A stretch of 64,000 nt of DNA. It comes from an uncultured Candidatus Actinomarina sp. (GTDB taxonomy: Bacteria; Actinomycetota; Acidimicrobiia; Actinomarinales; Actinomarinaceae). The stretch spans positions 82,330 through 146,329 of the forward strand of contig CACASI010000002.1 in assembly GCA_902535055.1 (NCBI GenBank), in the 5' to 3' direction. The position numbers were made by a program, and so were the translations under genes. The notes below the pieces were generated by a model that searched no databases, was not told the DNA's origin, and was given only the letters and a program-made list of their open reading frames with translations. Within the stretch, counting starts at the first letter, position 1; each line of letters opens with the position of its first letter. Positions 36,085-45,666 of this stretch are shown here, piece by piece.

Positions 36085-37572
36085 ATGTCGGAAGAAAATT
36101 TAGCTAGCTTACGTAATGAGAAAGCAAAAAAAATTCAGCATCCTAAGGGCAAATTAACTGCATATGAAAGGATTCATCTTCTTTTAGATGAGGATTCATT
36201 TTCTGAAATTGATGAAAATGTTGTATCAGAAGAAAATCCCGATGGTGAAGCGGTAGTAACAGGATCTGGAACAATTCATGGAAGACCTGTTTTTGTTTTC
36301 TCAGAAGACTTTTCTGTAATGGGTGGAAGCCTTGGAGAAATAGTTGCAAAAAAAATTCTAAGAATAATGGATTTAGCTCTTGAAGCAAAAGCTCCAGTAA
36401 TTGGAATCAAAGATTCAGGAGGTGCAAGAATTCAGGAAGGTATTTCATCTTTATACGGTTATGCTCAGATTTTCAGAAAAAATGTCGAAGCATCTGGAAA
36501 AATTCCTCAAATATCTGTAATTGTTGGTCCGTCAGCTGGCGGAGCTGTTTACAGTCCAGCCTTAACGGATTTTATTTTTCAAGTAAAAGATATAGGACAA
36601 CTATATGTAACTGGTCCTAATGTTGTTAAAACAGTCACCGGAGAAGAAGTAAGTTATGAAGAACTTGGAGGTGTCGAAGCGCATGGAACCCAATCAGGAG
36701 TAAGTCATCAGGTATGTGAAACAGAAGAACAAGCTTTTGAAGAAGTAAGATACCTGCTTAGTTTTTTTCCACAGTCATCAGACCAAAAGCCCCCAACTTT
36801 TATAACTGAAGATGACCCATTAAGAAATGTAGACTCTCTAGAAACCTTAATTCCAGAACACAGAAACCAACCGTACGATATGAATGAAGTAATTAATTCT
36901 ATTGTTGATGATGGAGAACAGTACCCAGTACATGCAAACTATGCATTAAATATCATTACTTCATTTGTAAGAATAAATGGAAATACTATTGGCGTCATTG
37001 CAAATCAACCTATGGAGCTTGCAGGAGTATTAGATATTAATTCATCTATAAAGGCCTCAAGATTTGTTAGATTCTGTGATGCATTTAATATTCCCCTTTT
37101 AACACTCGTTGATGTACCAGGATTCTTGCCTGGTGTTGAGCAAGAACATGGAGGAATTATTAGAAGCGGGGCAAAACTTCTTTATGCTTATTCAGAAGCC
37201 ACTGTTCCAAGAGTTTGTGTAGTTATACGTAAAGCATATGGAGGTGCTTACATTGTTATGGATTCGATGGGTTTAGGGGCAGATAAACTTTTTGCATGGC
37301 CTACTGCAGAGATTGCTGTAATGGGTGCTGAGGGTGCTGTAGATGTCATTCATAGAAAAGAATTAAAAGACAGTGATAACCCTGAAGAGCTTAAGAAAAA
37401 ATTTGTTGATGAATACAATGAGAAATTTAGCAATCCTGACAGTGCAGCAAAACTTGGATTAGTAGATAAAATAATAAAACCCAATGAAACAAGAAAAATT
37501 GTTAGTGAAGCATTCAAAGAATTAGTTAATAAAACAAACGTAGGAGATAAACATGGAAACATTCCCCTCTAA
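36085..37572 (+). CDS. acyl-CoA carboxylase carboxyltransferase (beta) subunit
   Basis: GPSAGGAVYSPALTDF, and two crotonase-like halves typical of PccB/AccD5-type carboxyltransferases. Confidence 0.88.
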   Translation: MSEENLASLRNEKAKKIQHPKGKLTAYERIHLLLDEDSFSEIDENVVSEENPDGEAVVTGSGTIHGRPVFVFSEDFSVMGGSLGEIVAKKILRIMDLALEAKAPVIGIKDSGGARIQEGISSLYGYAQIFRKNVEASGKIPQISVIVGPSAGGAVYSPALTDFIFQVKDIGQLYVTGPNVVKTVTGEEVSYEELGGVEAHGTQSGVSHQVCETEEQAFEEVRYLLSFFPQSSDQKPPTFITEDDPLRNVDSLETLIPEHRNQPYDMNEVINSIVDDGEQYPVHANYALNIITSFVRINGNTIGVIANQPMELAGVLDINSSIKASRFVRFCDAFNIPLLTLVDVPGFLPGVEQEHGGIIRSGAKLLYAYSEATVPRVCVVIRKAYGGAYIVMDSMGLGADKLFAWPTAEIAVMGAEGAVDVIHRKELKDSDNPEELKKKFVDEYNEKFSNPDSAAKLGLVDKIIKPNETRKIVSEAFKELVNKTNVGDKHGNIPL

Positions 37573-38092
37573 AAATATATCTATTTCTTGGGTTGAAAAA
37601 GGCTCTTTGCTTAGAAACCTATCATTATCTTTTGGCTTTGCAATATTAACTGCTTTAAGTGCACAAATAAGATTTGAGCTTCCATTTACTCCTGTTCCAA
37701 TAACAGCTCAGACATTTGTAGTTATTTTGTCAGGCTTGCTTCTTGGAAGTAAATTTGGTTCATTAAGTATGATTTTTTATTTATTTACAGGTCTTGCAGG
37801 TTTTCCTTTTTTCTCAGGCAGTGTTGCTGGATTAGCTATTTTAAAAAGTCCAACAATTGGTTATATTATTGGTTTCTTTATAGCTGCCCAAATAATAGGA
37901 AATATGTCGCAAAGACCAACAATAGGTATAGCAGCAGGAACATTCGCAATATATACGTGTGGTGTAATTGGTTTAATGATTACATTAAATATATCGCCAA
38001 TTGAAGCAATTGGAATTGGTGTTTATCCATTTATTATTGGAGATCTGATTAAAGCAAGTTTAGCAATAGGAATTGCACAAAAATTAAAATAA
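37553..38092 (+). CDS. bioY: biotin transporter BioY
   Basis: FTPVPITAQTFVVILSGLLLG signature, 5-6 TM. It overlaps the carboxyltransferase gene end by 20 nt. Confidence 0.85.
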   Translation: METFPSKNISISWVEKGSLLRNLSLSFGFAILTALSAQIRFELPFTPVPITAQTFVVILSGLLLGSKFGSLSMIFYLFTGLAGFPFFSGSVAGLAILKSPTIGYIIGFFIAAQIIGNMSQRPTIGIAAGTFAIYTCGVIGLMITLNISPIEAIGIGVYPFIIGDLIKASLAIGIAQKLK

Positions 38093-38099
38093 ATTATTT

Positions 38100-39788
38100 A
38101 TGACAAAAAAAAGAGTACTAATTGCTAATCGTGGTGAAATTGCACTAAGAATTATCCGATCAGTAAAAGAAATGGACATGCATGCAATTGCTGTTTACTC
38201 AGATATTGATAGTGACTCTTTGCATGTAAAACGAGCTGATGAATCATTTTATTTAGGCGGATCTCTTCCAGCTGATAGTTATAGGAACTTAAAAAATTTG
38301 ATGAAGGCTGTTGTAGAAACAAAAGCAGATATGGTTCATCCAGGATATGGCTTTTTGGCAGAAAATGCAGATTTTGCAAAAGCAGTTCAAAAAAAAGATG
38401 TAATTTGGATTGGACCCAACCCAGAAACAATAAAATCAATGGGAGACAAAATAGAATCTAGAAAATTAATCTCAAAGGTTGGTTTAATGCCTGTTCCAGG
38501 ACAATTGAAACCATCACGAACTAAAAGAGAAGCCTTGAAAGATGCAAATAGTTTTGGCTATCCAGTTGCCCTGAAAGCTGCTCACGGAGGTGGTGGGAAG
38601 GGGTTAAGAATTGTCAGTAATGAAAAAGAATTAAATGAAAATTTTGAAATTGTAAAACGTGAAAGTGAAGCATATTTTGGATCAGATCAAATTTACGTCG
38701 AAAAGTTTATAAAACCAGCAAGACATGTAGAGACGCAAATATTAAGTGATAAGTACGGAAATCATATCTATTTAGGTGAAAGAGATTGTTCTCTACAGAG
38801 AAGGAATCAAAAACTTATCGAAGAAAGTCCTCCTATATGGTTGTCTGACTTCGGCCGAGAGGAATTAAAAAAAGCAACGATTAAGATTGCTGAGTCATCA
38901 AATTATATTAACGCAGGAACTGTAGAATTTTTAGCTGATAATGACGAAAATTTTTATTTTTTAGAAATGAATACAAGATTACAAGTTGAGCATACCGTTA
39001 CAGAAATGAGATATGGTATTGATCTGGTCAAAGAGCAAATTAAAGTGGCGCTTGGTAATTCTTTAGAAGATTTCAAAACTGAAGCTAGGGGTCACAGCAT
39101 AGAATTTAGAATAAATGCAGAAGATCCGACCAATAATTTTATGCCAACTCCAGGAACCATTACTGAATATAGAGAACCTATGGGGAACGGTGTAAGAGTT
39201 GATGGTTGGGTAAAGACTGGTACATCAATATCACATTTTTATGACAATCTAATTTCAAAATTAGTTGTATGGGGAGTTTCTAGAGAAGAAGCAATTTCAA
39301 AAGGTAAGAGATGTTTAGATGAATATATAATTGGAGGGATACCAACAACAATATCTCTACTTTCCGATGTTATATCTACTAAAGAATTCAAAGAAAGCCA
39401 GATTCATGTTAAATTTTTGGAAGAAAATTTTGAAATTAAAGATGTTTCTGAAGATGAGGCATTTACGGATAGACCAAGCAAGGTCAATATATCTCTTAAC
39501 GATAATGACAGTCCATCATTAGCTCCACAAAGACCAAAGAAAATCGGTATGGATCTAACTGGAAATATCAGAAATCCTGGAATCATAAAAGCAGATATGC
39601 AAGGAACAATTATGGACACCATGACAAAGAAAGGTAAAAAGGTTAAAAAAGGTGATTCATTGTTCGTTCTTGAAGCTATGAAAATGGAAAATGTAGTAAC
39701 TGCCCCTATTGGTGGTGTTATCAAAGAATTCAATATAAAAAAAGGACAGCCTGTAAATAAGGGCGATATATTGGTTGAAATAGGATAG
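38100..39788 (+). CDS. acyl-CoA carboxylase alpha subunit (biotin carboxylase + BCCP domain)
   Basis: KAAHGGGGKGLR ATP-grasp motif, EMNTRLQVEH, and the C-terminal biotinyl-Lys motif EAMKMEN. Confidence 0.92.
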   Translation: MTKKRVLIANRGEIALRIIRSVKEMDMHAIAVYSDIDSDSLHVKRADESFYLGGSLPADSYRNLKNLMKAVVETKADMVHPGYGFLAENADFAKAVQKKDVIWIGPNPETIKSMGDKIESRKLISKVGLMPVPGQLKPSRTKREALKDANSFGYPVALKAAHGGGGKGLRIVSNEKELNENFEIVKRESEAYFGSDQIYVEKFIKPARHVETQILSDKYGNHIYLGERDCSLQRRNQKLIEESPPIWLSDFGREELKKATIKIAESSNYINAGTVEFLADNDENFYFLEMNTRLQVEHTVTEMRYGIDLVKEQIKVALGNSLEDFKTEARGHSIEFRINAEDPTNNFMPTPGTITEYREPMGNGVRVDGWVKTGTSISHFYDNLISKLVVWGVSREEAISKGKRCLDEYIIGGIPTTISLLSDVISTKEFKESQIHVKFLEENFEIKDVSEDEAFTDRPSKVNISLNDNDSPSLAPQRPKKIGMDLTGNIRNPGIIKADMQGTIMDTMTKKGKKVKKGDSLFVLEAMKMENVVTAPIGGVIKEFNIKKGQPVNKGDILVEIG

Positions 39789-39790
39789 AT

Positions 39791-40168
39791 ATGAGTATTT
39801 ATGGAATTGGAGTAGACCAAGTTGATCTTAAAAGGGTAAAAAGATTGTTAAATAAGTCTGAAGATAAATTCTTAAAAAGATGTTTTACTGAACAAGAAAT
39901 TAAGTATGCTAAAAGATTTTCAGATCCATCAAAGAGGTTAGGAGCAAGATTCGCAGCTAAAGAAGCAGTAATGAAATCTTTAGGAAAAGGATGGAGAGAA
40001 ATAAGTTGGAAAGATATAGAAGTTACGGGCGGAGGTAAGCCAACAATTAATACTTTTGGTAGAGCGTCAGCTACTGTAAAGGAAAAGAATATTACAAATA
40101 TTCATATATCACTATCACATGAAAATGAAAATGCAATTGCATTTGCCATCTCCGAAAAAGAGAATTAA
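39791..40168 (+). CDS. acpS: holo-[acyl-carrier-protein] synthase
   Basis: IYGIGVDQVD, FAAKEAVMKSLG, 125 aa. Confidence 0.88.
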   Translation: MSIYGIGVDQVDLKRVKRLLNKSEDKFLKRCFTEQEIKYAKRFSDPSKRLGARFAAKEAVMKSLGKGWREISWKDIEVTGGGKPTINTFGRASATVKEKNITNIHISLSHENENAIAFAISEKEN

Positions 40169-40170
40169 TT

Positions 40171-41076
40171 ATGCAGTGGGTGGGAATGTTTCCAGGTCAA
40201 GGCTCTCAAGAAATAGGAATGGGTAATGAGCTTCTTGAAAAGTATGATGAACTATTAATAAATACTTTCGAAGAAACGTTGGGATGGAGCCTAAAAGATA
40301 TCATAAATTCTGAAGACCCTGAGCTCATTAAAAAAACAAATATTGCTCAACCTTACATATTCTCAGTCTCTTATTGTTACGGAATTGAAACAATAAATAA
40401 TTTAGGCAATCCAGCTGCACTGATTGGACATTCTCTTGGTGAATATACAGCTTTATGCCTATCAGGATATTTAGATTTTAAAGATACATTAAAAGTTATT
40501 GCAGTAAGAGGTGAAGAGATGCAGAAAGCTGTAGAAAACTCTAATACAACAATGGCAGCTGTTTTAACAAGTGACCTGGAAACAACAATTGAAGAAATAG
40601 AAAAATTAAATAATCAAGGAATACAAATATGGATATCAAATTTTAATGATCCTTCACAAATAGTTATTAGTTCATACATTGATGATATGAACTACCTAAA
40701 GTCAAACCCCAAAGCACTTGGTGCAAAAAGAGTAATTCCACTCGAAGTAGCAGGTGCATTTCATACTGAAATTGTAAGCTCTGCAAAAAAACCACTTGAA
40801 GATACTTTAAATGAAATTGATATCTCCAAAGGAAACATCCCTGTTTATATGAACGTTGATGCAAAAAAGGTTGAAGTATCAACTTTGAAAGAAAATCTTG
40901 TGAATCAAATAGATAGTTCTGTCTTGTTTAACCAACAAATTGAGTGTGTAAACAAGGATATAGATCCAGATTTGTGGTGTCATATTGGGCCCGGAAATGT
41001 AACTGCTGGAATGGTCAGAAAGTCTATATCATATAAGGATTTAAAGGTAATAAACTCTTTAGAATCATCAAAGTAA
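40171..41076 (+). CDS. fabD: malonyl-CoA:ACP transacylase
   Basis: FPGQGSQ and GHSLGEY active-site motifs. Confidence 0.9.
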   Translation: MQWVGMFPGQGSQEIGMGNELLEKYDELLINTFEETLGWSLKDIINSEDPELIKKTNIAQPYIFSVSYCYGIETINNLGNPAALIGHSLGEYTALCLSGYLDFKDTLKVIAVRGEEMQKAVENSNTTMAAVLTSDLETTIEEIEKLNNQGIQIWISNFNDPSQIVISSYIDDMNYLKSNPKALGAKRVIPLEVAGAFHTEIVSSAKKPLEDTLNEIDISKGNIPVYMNVDAKKVEVSTLKENLVNQIDSSVLFNQQIECVNKDIDPDLWCHIGPGNVTAGMVRKSISYKDLKVINSLESSK

Positions 41077-41085
41077 GGGGAAATT

Positions 41086-42180
41086 TTGAAATCAGCAATA
41101 ACAGGTTGGGGTAAATGTACGCCCGATAACATTATGACTAATGATGATTTGTCAAAATTTGTTGATACTTCTGATGAGTGGATTCAACAAAGAACAGGGG
41201 TAAAAGAACGAAGATTTAGCCATGTAAACACATCAGATATGGCAGAAATTGCAGGTAAACATGCAATAGCCTGTGCTGGTTTAAATCCAGAAGATATTGA
41301 TGTTGTAATCTTGGCTACATGTACTCCTGACAGTATTGTTCCCTCTGCAGCAGCACACGTTCAAAAAAAACTTGGTGCTATAAATGCCTCAGTTTATGAC
41401 GTAAATGCGGCTTGTGCAGGTTTTCTATATGCACTTGAACAAGGAAAAGCATTCGTTGAAAGTAATCTTTATAAAAGAGCGTTGGTAATAGGGGCAGAGC
41501 ATATTACTTGGTTACTTGATTGGTCTGATAGAAATACCGCGGTGCTTTTTGGTGATGGTGCAGGTGCAGTAGTTATTGAAGAAAGTAAAAGTGAATCAGA
41601 TGGTGAAATTTATTCGTTCTCAAATGGCCTAAGTTCAGACAATTTAGAAATCTTAGAAATTCCTAATTTTGGTTCAGCAATGGATCGATTTAAAACTGAT
41701 GAAGCAGCCAGAGTACGGTGGACTTTTGATGGACAGGAAATATTTAAATCTGGTGTTAGAGCTATGGCACAAGCGTCTGCAGAAGCTATTGAAAAATCAG
41801 GATTATCAAAAGACGATGTAGACATTTTTATTCCACATCAAGCAAATATCAGGATCGTTGAAGCACTTGAAAAAAAACTTGGACTTCCTAATGCAACTAC
41901 AATCAAAAAAGTTCATCGATACGGAAATACCTCGGCAGCATCTATACCAACAGCATTTGTAGATGCTCTTGAAGAAGGTGAGATAAAAGGTGGAGAAATT
42001 GCAGTATTTACGGCCGTCGGCGCTGGTCTTGCTTGGGGAGCTTGTGCGGTTCGACTAGGAGATCGTGTAACTCCAATAAATAAATCAGATGCAAAACTTC
42101 CAGATTTTGATGGAACTGCAACCGACACAATTAAAAAAGCAATCGAGTATCAAGTTCCAGACAAATTAGACAAAATATGA
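41086..42180 (+). CDS. fabH: 3-oxoacyl-ACP synthase III with a C-terminal extension of about 40 aa
   Basis: DVNAACAGFLYAL (active-site Cys), HQANIRI, GNTSAASIP. TTG start. Confidence 0.88.
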   Translation: MKSAITGWGKCTPDNIMTNDDLSKFVDTSDEWIQQRTGVKERRFSHVNTSDMAEIAGKHAIACAGLNPEDIDVVILATCTPDSIVPSAAAHVQKKLGAINASVYDVNAACAGFLYALEQGKAFVESNLYKRALVIGAEHITWLLDWSDRNTAVLFGDGAGAVVIEESKSESDGEIYSFSNGLSSDNLEILEIPNFGSAMDRFKTDEAARVRWTFDGQEIFKSGVRAMAQASAEAIEKSGLSKDDVDIFIPHQANIRIVEALEKKLGLPNATTIKKVHRYGNTSAASIPTAFVDALEEGEIKGGEIAVFTAVGAGLAWGACAVRLGDRVTPINKSDAKLPDFDGTATDTIKKAIEYQVPDKLDKI

Positions 42181-42905
42181 AAACAGTTTTTGTAACAGGT
42201 GCTTCAAGAGGTATTGGAAAATCTATAGCTTTAGAGCTTGGAAAAAATTATCAAGTTGTTGTAGGTTTCTCAAATTCTCAAGATAAGGCTGACGAAGTTG
42301 TAGAAGAAATAAAGAAATTAGGTGGAGAAAGTCTTTCTGTTCAATTAAATATTGAAGATAGAAATTCAGTTGATAAGGCATTTAATTTAATTGAAGAAGC
42401 ATATAAACATGTCGACATTTTGGTAAACAATGCAGGAATTACAAAAGACAATATTTTACCAAGAATGAAGGATGATGAGTGGAATGATGTTATTCAAACA
42501 AACCTAACTGGAAATTTCTATACATCTCAAAGAGCCATAAAAAAAATGATTAAAAATAAATGGGGAAGGTTAATTTTTATATCCTCGGTTGTAGGTATAT
42601 CTGGTAATCAAGGCCAGGCCAATTATGCTGCATCAAAGGCAGGTTTGATAGGACTATCAAAATCAATTAGTAAAGAAGTAGGCAGCAGAAATATTACGTC
42701 TAATGTCGTAGCCCCAGGTTATATAGAAACAGACATGACATCATTTATAGATGATGAAAATAAAGAAAATATTATAGAACAACTTTCAATAAAACGCATG
42801 GGTATGCCAGAAGATATTGCAAACATGGTATCTTTTTTATGCAAAGATGAGTCAGAATATATAACAGGACAAGTAATACCTATTGATGGTGGTCTAACAA
42901 CTTAG
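42177..42905 (+). CDS. fabG: 3-oxoacyl-ACP reductase
   Basis: TGASRGIGKSIA, NNAGI, YAASKAG (SDR catalytic motif). Confidence 0.9.
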   Translation: MKTVFVTGASRGIGKSIALELGKNYQVVVGFSNSQDKADEVVEEIKKLGGESLSVQLNIEDRNSVDKAFNLIEEAYKHVDILVNNAGITKDNILPRMKDDEWNDVIQTNLTGNFYTSQRAIKKMIKNKWGRLIFISSVVGISGNQGQANYAASKAGLIGLSKSISKEVGSRNITSNVVAPGYIETDMTSFIDDENKENIIEQLSIKRMGMPEDIANMVSFLCKDESEYITGQVIPIDGGLTT

Positions 42906-42916
42906 TGGGAGAAATT

Positions 42917-43156
42917 ATGGAAGTAAATGAAGTTTTTGAAAAGGTTAAAGGTCTTTTTGAAGAAGAATTAGGTATTGATTCTGAAAAAATAACTATGGAA
43001 GCAAAACTAGAAGAAGATCTCGAAATAGACTCATTAGGAATTGTTGAAGTAGTAATGGCATTTGAAGATGAGTTTGAGATAGAAATAGATGATGAAGAAC
43101 TCACAGATGTTGGAACAGTTGGTCAAGCTGTAAACTTGCTGCACTCAAAACTTTAA
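42917..43156 (+). CDS. acpP: acyl carrier protein
   Basis: DLEIDSLGIVEVVMAFEDEF carries the phosphopantetheine Ser. I chose the ATG at 42917, preceded by the SD gggag, over the GTG at 42905. Confidence 0.9.
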   Translation: MEVNEVFEKVKGLFEEELGIDSEKITMEAKLEEDLEIDSLGIVEVVMAFEDEFEIEIDDEELTDVGTVGQAVNLLHSKL

Positions 43157-43159
43157 GCC

Positions 43160-44398
43160 ATGACTAAACAACGTGTAGTTGTAACAGGTTTAGGAACAAT
43201 AAATCCACTCGGAAATAATGTAATAACTACGTGGAATAATCTAATAAATGGAGTTTCCGGTGTCGACTATATTACTTTATTTGATGCATCAGATTTGCCT
43301 GTGACGTTTGCAGGAGAAGTAAAAGATTTTGATCCAAATGATTACATGGGAAAACAAAATGCAAGAAAGTTAGATCGATCTGGTCAGTTATCTATTTTTG
43401 CAGCAGAGGAAGCTTTAAGAGATGCTGGATTTGACATTAACCAACCCTTGGGAGAAGAATTTGGAATAGTATTTGGAACCGGGATAGGAGGAATTGGAGC
43501 TACTGAAGATGCTGTCCGAATATATGATGAAAGAGGTTCAAATAGAATAAGTCCACTTGCAATTACACAATTAATGCCTAATTCAAGTACAGGTCAAGTT
43601 GCAATCAAGTATGGAATACAGGGCCCATCGTTAACAATTACAACTGCTTGCGCAGCATCGGCGAATGCGATTGGTGAAGCAAAAAGAATGATTGAGCAAA
43701 ATATAGTTGATAAAGTCCTTGTTGGCGGTACTGAATCTGGAACGACCTCAATGACAATTGGAGCCTTTGCACAAATAAAAGCACTATCCAAACAAAATGA
43801 AGAGCCTCAAAGAGCCTGTAAGCCATTTGATAAAAATAGAGATGGATTCGTGATGGCTGAAGGGTCTACAGTGTTGATACTTGAAAGTGAAAAGTCTGCT
43901 AATGAAAGAAATGGAAAAATTTATGGTTTTGTTGAAGGTTATGGATCATCCACAGATGCTTATCATATTACCGCACCATCAGAGGGTGGAGTTGGTGCTT
44001 TGCGAGCGATGGAGCAAGCAATTACTAATGCAGATATAAATGCAGAGGAGATTGACTATATTAATGCTCATGGAACCTCAACTATAGCTAATGATGTTAA
44101 TGAAACATTAGCAATTAAATCTCTAATGAATGATTATGCATATAAGGTTAATATTTCTTCTACTAAATCTATGACTGGACATTTGCTTGGTGGAGGAGGG
44201 GCTTTCGAGGCTATGGCATCACTGTTATCTCTAAAAAATAATCAAATACCACCAACAATTAATTTAAATGATCCCGATGAAGAATGTGATTTAAACTATA
44301 CAGCAAACAATTCAATAGAAAAAAACATTAAGTATGTAATGTCTAATTCATTTGGGTTTGGTGGACACAATGCTGTGTTAGTGTTTAGCAAGCAATAA
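43160..44398 (+). CDS. fabF: 3-oxoacyl-ACP synthase II
   Basis: ITTACAASANAIG active-site Cys, NAHGTST, GFGGHNAVLVF. Confidence 0.92.
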   Translation: MTKQRVVVTGLGTINPLGNNVITTWNNLINGVSGVDYITLFDASDLPVTFAGEVKDFDPNDYMGKQNARKLDRSGQLSIFAAEEALRDAGFDINQPLGEEFGIVFGTGIGGIGATEDAVRIYDERGSNRISPLAITQLMPNSSTGQVAIKYGIQGPSLTITTACAASANAIGEAKRMIEQNIVDKVLVGGTESGTTSMTIGAFAQIKALSKQNEEPQRACKPFDKNRDGFVMAEGSTVLILESEKSANERNGKIYGFVEGYGSSTDAYHITAPSEGGVGALRAMEQAITNADINAEEIDYINAHGTSTIANDVNETLAIKSLMNDYAYKVNISSTKSMTGHLLGGGGAFEAMASLLSLKNNQIPPTINLNDPDEECDLNYTANNSIEKNIKYVMSNSFGFGGHNAVLVFSKQ

Positions 44399-44402
44399 TA
44401 AA

Positions 44403-45182
44403 TTAATCAGCTAGCATACTCCCACCAATTGCATGAGCTCCACCATCTACATGGATTATCTCACCAGTTATGGCTTCTGAGTAATCAGATAACAAAAAAT
44501 TTATCGCTTTAGCGACTGGTTCAGAATTTTTTGTATCCCATCCTAGAGGTGCTTTGTCATTCCATTCTGAATTCATTATAGAAAAACCAGGAATATTTTT
44601 AGCAGCTGTTGTAGCTAATGGTCCTGAAGCAACAGCATTTACTCTTATGCTATTTTTTCCGACATAAAAAGCCAAGTATCTCACAATAGATTGCAATGAA
44701 GATTTCGCAACACCTTGCCAATCATATCCTGGCCAAGCTTGAGAATTATCAAAATCTACAGCAACAATTGAGGACCCTTCGTTCAATACTGATAAAAATT
44801 CATTTGTAATTGTTTTTAAAGAAAAGGCAGATACTTCAAAAGATTTTGTTGCATCTTCAACTTTTGTATTTAAAAAATTACCACCCATTGCCTCTGTTGG
44901 TGAAAAAGCTATTGCATGTAGAATTCCATCAATTTTTCCATAATTATCTTTTACAAATTTGGCTACATCTTGAACTTGTTCAGTGTTTTGAATGTCCATT
45001 TCTAGAACTTCAATTTCCCCATCAAGACGTTTTACAGCCCTCTGAGTTATGCGCAATCCATCTCCAAATCCTGTTGCGATGATGGTTGCTCCATTTTCTA
45101 ATGCAATTTTTGCAGCAGAAAAGGCAATGCTTTTGTCAGTAAGTATGCCAGTAATTAGAAAAGTTTTATCTTTTAAATTCAT
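44403..45182 (-). CDS. fabI: enoyl-ACP reductase (FabI/InhA type)
   Basis: The N-terminus FLITGILTDKSIAFSAAK parallels InhA ILVSGIITDSSIAFHIAR. It is convergent on fabF. Confidence 0.85.
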   Translation of the reverse strand: MNLKDKTFLITGILTDKSIAFSAAKIALENGATIIATGFGDGLRITQRAVKRLDGEIEVLEMDIQNTEQVQDVAKFVKDNYGKIDGILHAIAFSPTEAMGGNFLNTKVEDATKSFEVSAFSLKTITNEFLSVLNEGSSIVAVDFDNSQAWPGYDWQGVAKSSLQSIVRYLAFYVGKNSIRVNAVASGPLATTAAKNIPGFSIMNSEWNDKAPLGWDTKNSEPVAKAINFLLSDYSEAITGEIIHVDGGAHAIGGSMLAD

Positions 45183-45224
45183 AAGTTTATGTTACTTATT
45201 GAAAAATTACTTAGAATATTTTTT

Positions 45225-45620
45225 TTAATCTTCGGTGTTTGGTGTGTAACTCTCGCTACCGGTTGATGGTCTTAATTGTCTCCCGGTATAAAGAGCAAGT
45301 GCAATTTCAGTGACACCAAAAATCAAAAAACCATTAAAGTTTGTAAATACTGCAAATCCAATTAATAATAATCCGCCAACATAACGTACTATATTTATTT
45401 GTCTAGCATTTTCCTCTTCTCCGCCAAGCAAAACAATTAAAAGTGCAGCGAATGTAACACCAACACCATTAGCCCTTGCCAGAGTCGCTTCAGTAGTAGA
45501 TAAGACTGCATCAGGATTAAGTAGAAATAGTTTATAAACTTGTTCCGGAACAATAAACCCAACAACAGATAAAGCTAGATAAAGAATTGGATCAACTTTA
45601 TTTATTATTTTATAACTCAT
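45225..45620 (-). CDS. hypothetical membrane protein
   Basis: 131 aa with 3-4 predicted hydrophobic helices. No family recognised. Confidence 0.5.
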   Translation of the reverse strand: MSYKIINKVDPILYLALSVVGFIVPEQVYKLFLLNPDAVLSTTEATLARANGVGVTFAALLIVLLGGEEENARQINIVRYVGGLLLIGFAVFTNFNGFLIFGVTEIALALYTGRQLRPSTGSESYTPNTED

Positions 45621-45666
45621 AAAAGCAATTATATCCTATGAAAATTTTGTTTGTAATCAATAAAAA

